The position numbers were made by a program, and so were the translations under genes. 29,455 bases of DNA from Armatimonadia bacterium (GTDB taxonomy: Bacteria; Armatimonadota; Zipacnadia; Zipacnadales; UBA11051), in the NCBI GenBank assembly GCA_039683575.1, contig JBDKRC010000286.1:1-29455 (forward strand), in the 5' to 3' direction. Positions 24,029 through 29,455 of this stretch are shown here, piece by piece. The notes beneath the pieces were generated by a model. That model was not told the DNA's origin. It saw only the letters and a program-made list of their open reading frames with translations, and made no database searches. How positions within the stretch are numbered: position 1 is the stretch's first letter; every line of letters begins with the position of its first letter.

Positions 24029-25318
24029 TCATTTCCCCATCATACACTGGCAGATGTACTCCCCGGCTCCCGTCGCGAAGAACAGGGCAAAGGCTGCTGT
24101 CACGATGACCACCATCAGCTCATAGACAAGCGCCTTACGCCAGCCGATGGCCCGTCCCAGGACAATAAACCCCGGCAGGCTCGTTCCCGGCCCACTAATC
24201 AGCAGCGCCAGCGCCGGGCCGATGTCCATCCCAAGTTTCAGGAAGGCCTTGGTGAACGCTACTTCGGTCAGGATCGGGAAGTACATGACTTCACCGAATA
24301 GGGTGGCATTCAGGATCGGCCGTAGCGTCGCCCAGAAGCCGCTCCCCTCGGGCGTGGGCCCCACGAATTGGTAGACCAGCTTTACATCAATATAGGTAGC
24401 GATGACCCCGATGATCAGGATCGCGGGCAGGAGCACCGGGATGACCAGCTTGATCAGGGCCCAGCTCTCCGCCCACCACAATTTCCGCTCCTCGAGGTCG
24501 AAGGCCTTCTTCATCAGCACGATGATGGCAATACCCAGAGCCAGCATGCCCCCGATAAGCAGCGGCAGCCCGGCGCGACTGCCCTGCTCAAACTGCTTGC
24601 TTACAACGTCCGTCTGGTACGCGCCGAAGAGCACCATCGCCAGGAGTAGTGAAAAGAGCGCCCCCAGCCGCCACGAGAGCCCCGTACCGTGCGCGGCATC
24701 CCCGGTGGCCGGCACGGCATCCTGGTCCTTGTTCTCACGGCCATAGATCGCGGCCATGAGCAGGCCTATGATGACCGCCAGGATCGGCACGCCGATCGCT
24801 CGCCACGCACCCAGCGTTGGGCCGATGACCTGGAACGTGAAGATCATTGCCACCACATTAATGGCCGGCCCGGCGAACAGGAAGGTGAAGGCTGGGCCGA
24901 CGCCGGCCCCCCGCCGGTAGATCCCCATGAACAGCGGCACGATGTTGCATGAACAAAGTGACAGCACCACACCGGAGATGGCTGCGGTGGCATAGGCGCG
25001 CGGCTGGTTGCTCCGCGCCCCGAGGTAGCGCAACACGAGCGCGGTAGGAGCGAAAGCGGCAATGGCCCCACCAAGCAGGAACGCCGGCAGCATTGTGGTT
25101 AAGGCCTTCCAACTCAGCACGCAGCACTTGAAGACATCCACGACGCCAAGCAGCGTGTCCTGAGGCCGCGGAAGCCCCTGCAGCGCAGATCCGATCTGCC
25201 GCCACTGCAGGACGTAAGCAATCCCGAGAATCGCCACAGTAACAATGCCGATGAGCAGCAAGGGCCGCCGCGGCCTGCAGCAACTCTCCTCAGTGGTCCC
25301 GGGCTGTTCCTGATGCAT
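24029..25318 (-). CDS. ArsP/DUF318-family permease
   Basis: 'LSLCSCNIVPLF.G.Y.RGAG.GPA..FL..GPAIN', 'MYF..LTEV' and 'GPALALL..GP..SLP' motifs, many TM helices. Confidence 0.85.
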   Translation of the reverse strand: MHQEQPGTTEESCCRPRRPLLLIGIVTVAILGIAYVLQWRQIGSALQGLPRPQDTLLGVVDVFKCCVLSWKALTTMLPAFLLGGAIAAFAPTALVLRYLGARSNQPRAYATAAISGVVLSLCSCNIVPLFMGIYRRGAGVGPAFTFLFAGPAINVVAMIFTFQVIGPTLGAWRAIGVPILAVIIGLLMAAIYGRENKDQDAVPATGDAAHGTGLSWRLGALFSLLLAMVLFGAYQTDVVSKQFEQGSRAGLPLLIGGMLALGIAIIVLMKKAFDLEERKLWWAESWALIKLVIPVLLPAILIIGVIATYIDVKLVYQFVGPTPEGSGFWATLRPILNATLFGEVMYFPILTEVAFTKAFLKLGMDIGPALALLISGPGTSLPGFIVLGRAIGWRKALVYELMVVIVTAAFALFFATGAGEYICQCMMGK

Positions 25319-25500
25319 GAGCGAAAGCTCCAGAAGCGGAAATCCTGGTGAGTCCACTAAGCATAACAGCCACGGTCTCGGGGCGTACCTCCTGAAAGCG
25401 GAAGAAAAGCGAAAGAACAGGGGAAGTTGGGCGGCAGGAGTTGCCGATCTCAAATGGTGAGGGGGTAAGGAGGCGGGCAAGAGGAGGCTGCGTCCACACA

Positions 25501-25524
25501 GTAGGACGGGCTCCGCACCGTCCT
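25501..25524 (+). repeat. GTAG-footed REP-like hairpin
   Basis: GTAGGACGG-gctccgca-CCGTCCT. Confidence 0.45.
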
Positions 25525-25540
25525 GGAGCGCCTTCTGCCC

Positions 25541-26206
25541 CTACGCTTTGTCCCGCAGTTCCCACTTGCGCACGTCGAGGAACCAGTGCCCCATGACCTG
25601 GGCCGGGACCGCCTCGGTCAGCTCGAGACGCTGCTTGAAGATTGGACCATCCACTACTATGGTGTGGTACTCCCCGTTCTCGCCACAGACATCCAGCCCC
25701 TCCTGCCTCGAACACCAACTGAGAAAGCCCGGCCCGAGCCGCATCCCCATCTGGTCGGCTGAGAAGTAGTCGGGCCGCCCCGACACGATTACTGCCTCGA
25801 AGCCCGCTCCGAGGAACTCGTCCATGACCTGCCGGGTGCCGAGGTCGTAGATAGGATGGACAGCCTCAAGCCCAGCCTCCGCGCACATGCGCCGACCCCA
25901 ATCGCGGTTCGCCGCAGGGAAGATGTCGCCGAAGATAATGCCGGTGACACCGCGGAACCTGAGCTCCTGCAAGGCGGCGGCATAGGCCTGCTCATAGGTA
26001 TCATCCGGCGTGGGCCACTGGAGGAGTTCGATACCAATGGCCTCGGCCTGGGCATGAAGCAGGCTGGCAGGAGTGCCATGGAAGCGCACGCGGTTATAGC
26101 GCTCGTTGGTGGTGTTGAGAAGGAAGCGGACCGGGAGGCCCTGCCGGATAGCGCGGTAGGCGGCTAGGCAGCCGTCCTTGCCGCCACTCCATGAGGCTGC
26201 GTACAT
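25541..26206 (-). CDS. Diphthine-ammonia ligase-like (DUF71/MJ0570) PP-loop ATPase
   Basis: 'SWSGGKD', 'HG....L..QAEA.G', 'FGDI', 'CGENGEYHT.V.DGPIF'. GGAG precedes ATG 26206. Confidence 0.88.
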   Translation of the reverse strand: MYAASWSGGKDGCLAAYRAIRQGLPVRFLLNTTNERYNRVRFHGTPASLLHAQAEAIGIELLQWPTPDDTYEQAYAAALQELRFRGVTGIIFGDIFPAANRDWGRRMCAEAGLEAVHPIYDLGTRQVMDEFLGAGFEAVIVSGRPDYFSADQMGMRLGPGFLSWCSRQEGLDVCGENGEYHTIVVDGPIFKQRLELTEAVPAQVMGHWFLDVRKWELRDKA

Positions 26207-26251
26207 CTGACTTGCTCCGATGCTGAGGGCTAAGGTTGGCAAGAAGCGGCT

Positions 26252-26653
26252 TCAGGGCTCGATAATCGTGAGGGTAGCAAACGACGACTGATAGAAGCGT
26301 CCATCCCTGGTAAGGAGTCTATCCGCATTCACCGCCGCGTGGGCACCGACCAGAAAATCCCCGATCAAGCGGTTGCGCGGTCCGCCGTTGCGGCGGTACT
26401 GGGCCCAGGCGAGACCTGCAGCAGCAGCCATCGAAACGCACGACGGGATGAACAGAATGCCAAGCTCATTGAGAGTCTCTTCGAGTTCCGCTGAACCATG
26501 GAACTGAGGCATCAGCTCAGCGTAGACAACCTCGCCGATGATAAGCCGTCCCTGATCGAAAGCCTGCCGCAAAGCTGCCTCTGCGCGATCTGACCACTGT
26601 GGCTCGTCAAGCAGCAGGTCAAGCACGACGCAAGTATCCACTGCGGTCGTCAT
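26252..26653 (-). CDS. vapC: VapC PIN-domain toxin
   Basis: 'AVDT.V.LD', 'VYAEL', 'DFLVGAHA' and 'LLTRD' acidic PIN tetrad. ATGA overlap with the antitoxin gene. Confidence 0.9.
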   Translation of the reverse strand: MTTAVDTCVVLDLLLDEPQWSDRAEAALRQAFDQGRLIIGEVVYAELMPQFHGSAELEETLNELGILFIPSCVSMAAAAGLAWAQYRRNGGPRNRLIGDFLVGAHAAVNADRLLTRDGRFYQSSFATLTIIEP

Positions 26654-26874
26654 CGTCCCCGACTCTCTTTCAGATATGCATCGACATCCTGAATCACGCG
26701 ACGGTCCTTCAGGCGCCCTTTCAGTCGAGCGAAGCGATCAGTTGCACTGGAGCGCTTGCGGATCTTCACTCCATCCGGCGTATCAACAAATTCGACCTCC
26801 ATGCCGGGCCGAAGACCGTATTTGTCCCTAACGCGTTTGGGGATTGTGACTTGGCCCCGCTCTCCAACAACCAT
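26650..26874 (-). CDS. vapB: AbrB/MazE/SpoVT-family antitoxin (VapB)
   Basis: MVVGERGQVTIPK.VR...GL.PG.EVEF. GGAG lies 7 nt before ATG 26874 (alternative start 26880). Confidence 0.85.
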   Translation of the reverse strand: MVVGERGQVTIPKRVRDKYGLRPGMEVEFVDTPDGVKIRKRSSATDRFARLKGRLKDRRVIQDVDAYLKESRGR

Positions 26875-26910
26875 AGTCATGCTCCATGGGTATGTATTCC
26901 ATATCCCTAA

Positions 26911-26940
26911 ATCATACTTCGTAGTAGAACGCAATGTCAA
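26911..26940 (-). promoter_or_regulatory. Sigma70-type promoter of vapBC
   Basis: Minus strand TTGACA (26940-26935), 18 nt, TATGAT (26916-26911). An imperfect inverted repeat GGGTATG-tattc-CATATCCC at 26888-26907 lies just downstream. Confidence 0.65.
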
Positions 26941-28298
26941 GGCACAACCGGGGACGGACACTCCTCCGTGGAGCGCTCGCGGCGGCGTTCGTGGACGAAC
27001 TTGAGGAACCAGGCTCCGACCAGGCAGCAGACCACCGTGATCGCGAAGTCTACACGCCAGCCGAGGCCGGGTATCGCGGCGGAGATGGCACTGCCAACTG
27101 CCCCGCCAAGCGGAAAGGCGAGGATCTGCGGGACCACAGCCGAGGCGTTCCATACCCCGAGGTAGCGAGCGGCTTCGGCCTTGGGTAGGAGATTACAGGC
27201 GAGGGCCCATTCGACGGCCGTGAAGACGCCATAGGCGAGGCCCGCCGGGATGCCGGCGATGTAGGCCCACGTCAGGTTTGGGGCAAAGACGAAGATGCCG
27301 CACGCGATGGCCATGAGGAACTGAGCGATGAAGATCATGTTGCGACGGCCGAGGCGATCAGACAGGATGCCCGAGGGAACGCTGCTCAGGATCGCGGCGC
27401 CGATGGCCGGGAGCATGAGCATCATCGAGGCATGTTCGGCATCCGGGACCCTGAGGCTGTACTTGAGGAAGAAGAAAAGGACCTCAAGGAACATGTAGAA
27501 GCCAAGGTTCGTGATGGCACGCGAGAGGCTGAGCCAGAAGAAGTCCACGTTGCCCCGCACGTCCACGTTGAAGGAGCCGATCACCGTCTGCAAGGGAGAG
27601 AGGGCCGGACGCTCGTGAAGGCGCTTCTCTTTGATCGTGAGCACGCAGACGATCATGGTCAGCAGCATGAACCCGGCCATATACAGGCACATAAGCATGA
27701 AACGGTGGTCATGGAAGGCAATAAGGACAGCCTGAGCTGGGCTAAGGCCGAGATGCCCGGTGCTCAGCAGGCGCCCGGCAAGAATGAGGCCGCCGACGTC
27801 GCCGAGCAGCCGGGCCACACCCATGAATCCGGAAGCTTTGCCATGTTCGCGCGGGTTTACCGTGTCGGGCAGCAGCGCGGTAAAGGGGCCGAGGGCGGCA
27901 TTGCTGAAGAGCTGGACGAGAATGAGGGCGCCGGCGAAGGGCCAGAAGGACCTGGCGGCGCCAAGAAGGGTGAGCGCCCCCACGGCGAGCATGACCCCGG
28001 CCATCAGGAACGGGCGACGACGCCCCCAGGGGTGCATCGAGCGGTCACTGAAGGCGCCCACGATCATCTGAGTGGCAGTGCCGACGATGCCGCCAACGGC
28101 GCCGAGGATGCCAATGTAATAGCCGATATGGGCTTGGCCGAACCAGTCGGAGAGGCGACTTTGCAGGCCGAGATGCAAAAGCGCACCCCAGAGCAGTGAG
28201 TTGCTGAGCCAGTAGATGGTGAGGGCGAGGTGGTGCCCAAGCGGGCGAGGGGGGAGGAGATCAGCGTCTTCCGGAGGCTTTGCGACGGTTAGTTCCAT
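26937..28298 (-). CDS. MFS transporter (sucrose/GPH-like subgroup)
   Basis: About 12 TM helices, 'GAFSDR...WGRRRPF' and 'G.LSDRLGRR' motifs. Confidence 0.9.
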   Translation of the reverse strand: MELTVAKPPEDADLLPPRPLGHHLALTIYWLSNSLLWGALLHLGLQSRLSDWFGQAHIGYYIGILGAVGGIVGTATQMIVGAFSDRSMHPWGRRRPFLMAGVMLAVGALTLLGAARSFWPFAGALILVQLFSNAALGPFTALLPDTVNPREHGKASGFMGVARLLGDVGGLILAGRLLSTGHLGLSPAQAVLIAFHDHRFMLMCLYMAGFMLLTMIVCVLTIKEKRLHERPALSPLQTVIGSFNVDVRGNVDFFWLSLSRAITNLGFYMFLEVLFFFLKYSLRVPDAEHASMMLMLPAIGAAILSSVPSGILSDRLGRRNMIFIAQFLMAIACGIFVFAPNLTWAYIAGIPAGLAYGVFTAVEWALACNLLPKAEAARYLGVWNASAVVPQILAFPLGGAVGSAISAAIPGLGWRVDFAITVVCCLVGAWFLKFVHERRRERSTEECPSPVVP

Positions 28299-28348
28299 GG
28301 CGTGCCACCTGATTCTGACTATTCCAACTGTCGCCCCCGCTACACGCG

Positions 28349-28377
28349 ATTCTAGCGTCTCACCGCCAAAGAAGCAA
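28349..28377 (-). promoter_or_regulatory. Sigma70-type promoter of the MFS gene
   Basis: Minus strand TTGCTT (28377-28372), 17 nt, TAGAAT (28354-28349). Confidence 0.5.
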
Positions 28378-28391
28378 TCCCAACCAGCAAT

Positions 28392-29455
28392 TCAGCGCAG
28401 CTTCTTCCATTCGTCAATCATCGCCAGGACATTCTCCCAGGGCATGATGCTGTGAGCGGAGGGGGCGGGGGAGAGGATGAAGCCGGTGTGGCCGAACACG
28501 CGGATGCAGTCGCGGACCGCCTGGCGTGTGATCTCCGGGTCCTTCTCTTGCAGCTGATAGCTGCTGCTGGGACCGGTCCAGAAAGCCTTCGTCCCCTGCA
28601 TTGCAGTGTGCAGAGCCTCAAGGTCCAGATCGTTGAAGGCGATGTCTATGCTGAGCAGACAGTCAACATCGAGACGGCGGAGGTAGTCGAGCATGGGCAT
28701 GACGCCAGTGTTGACGGTATAGGTCTCGACTGCCCCGCCCTGGTGGATCAGCGCGGTTTCGGCCTGAAGCTTGTCGAAGAGGAAGTCTTCGAGCATGCGG
28801 GGGCTGTAGAAGTCGCTCGTTTCGTAGAAGCCGTTGCGGCCGATGATGTCTATCTCGAAATCCAGAGCGAGTTCGATCATGCGGAGATTGACCGCGTGGT
28901 CGATTTCAAGGTAGCGATGGATCAAGTCGGGCTTCTCGGCAGCCAGGAGGCAGAGATTGGTGGGGCCGAAGACCTGCAGGGCCCCGGTCAGGCCGTAGCC
29001 GCCGGAGGTCCAGGTGGCCAGATGCAGAGGATCGGCGATACGGCGCTTGATCTCAGCCAGGGCGAAACGGGTCTGGTCTAGTGAGGCTCCGCGGTCGGAG
29101 GGGCGGTGGATATAGCCAAAGCACTCGAGGTCCTGCTCGGACTCGATCCAGAACTTGGCGGCATGGCCAGGGTTGAAGTCGCTGAAGAAGGGGATGTCGA
29201 GACCGTGTGGCCAGCGGTCATCGTAACGGATCGTTGAACTGAGCTGGCCGGCAGGGGTGGTGTAGACCTTGTGAACCAGCCCCTCCTCATACCATACGCG
29301 GGAGGTCACGCCAGGCGCCGGGGCCGTGGCGGGAAGGCCGCAAGGGACGATCGGATCCACGCCGAGGGTGTTGACACAGTATTCGCAGCGCTCCCGCTCG
29401 GAGGGGCCCCAGGGGAATTGCCAACGGCGGCCGACGCGCTGGTGCTCTGTGAGGG
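28392..29455 (-). CDS. Uroporphyrinogen decarboxylase/MtaA-CmuA family protein, 5'-truncated by the window edge
   Basis: 'Y.TP.G.L', 'FYSP...E.F', 'V...I...G..GFILSP..S.....PWENV.AM' C-terminus. The frame stays open from 29360 to the window end. Confidence 0.75.
   Translation of the reverse strand, partial: LTEHQRVGRRWQFPWGPSERERCEYCVNTLGVDPIVPCGLPATAPAPGVTSRVWYEEGLVHKVYTTPAGQLSSTIRYDDRWPHGLDIPFFSDFNPGHAAKFWIESEQDLECFGYIHRPSDRGASLDQTRFALAEIKRRIADPLHLATWTSGGYGLTGALQVFGPTNLCLLAAEKPDLIHRYLEIDHAVNLRMIELALDFEIDIIGRNGFYETSDFYSPRMLEDFLFDKLQAETALIHQGGAVETYTVNTGVMPMLDYLRRLDVDCLLSIDIAFNDLDLEALHTAMQGTKAFWTGPSSSYQLQEKDPEITRQAVRDCIRVFGHTGFILSPAPSAHSIMPWENVLAMIDEWKKLR

Noticed and set aside
24019-24031. 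Selenocysteine read-through of the permease TGA after CQCMMGK
   Set aside because: The TGA is not in a Cys-equivalent motif, and the next gene's RBS and start follow within 40 nt.
25319-25540. Possible Moco/Wco riboswitch or ModE box upstream of the ModABC-like cluster
   Set aside because: No recognisable consensus was found, only a pyrimidine-rich tract, a REP-like hairpin and a weak extended -10 (TGtTATGCT, 25368-25360).
1-29455. CRISPR array, rRNA, prophage or integron
   Set aside because: No regularly spaced direct repeats, rRNA-like tracts, phage genes or integrase/attC pattern were seen.

Overview
GC-rich bacterial chromosomal segment of about 24 genes. The gene repertoire resembles Armatimonadota or PVC-type organisms (inference only). 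From the left: an IS1182/IS5-like element has apparently inserted into a prepilin-type (GFTLIELLVVIAI) gene. It is followed by a head-to-head SpoIIM-like/RDD pair, a membrane-anchored HEAT-repeat protein, a ceramidase-like hydrolase, a long HtpX-like M48 protease and a secreted GH5-like hydrolase with an inserted CBM. Next come two translationally coupled secreted proteins that appear to share one VWA domain split between them, then cdaA-cdaR followed by a small MazG-like gene. A minus-strand run from 14761 to the right edge holds, in transcription order, a UroD-family gene, an MFS transporter, a VapBC module, a Dph6/DUF71-like ATPase, an ArsP-like permease, a ModABC-like transporter with four cysteine-containing binding domains, lutA-lutB without lutC, and a secreted Cys-His-Asp enzyme. 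Several REP-like hairpins lie between genes. No rRNA, tRNA or CRISPR array was seen. The best candidates for an undescribed system are the split VWA pair (9762-12256) and the cysteine-substituted ModA-like cluster (18474-25318). All family calls come from motif recognition by eye; no database searches were run.
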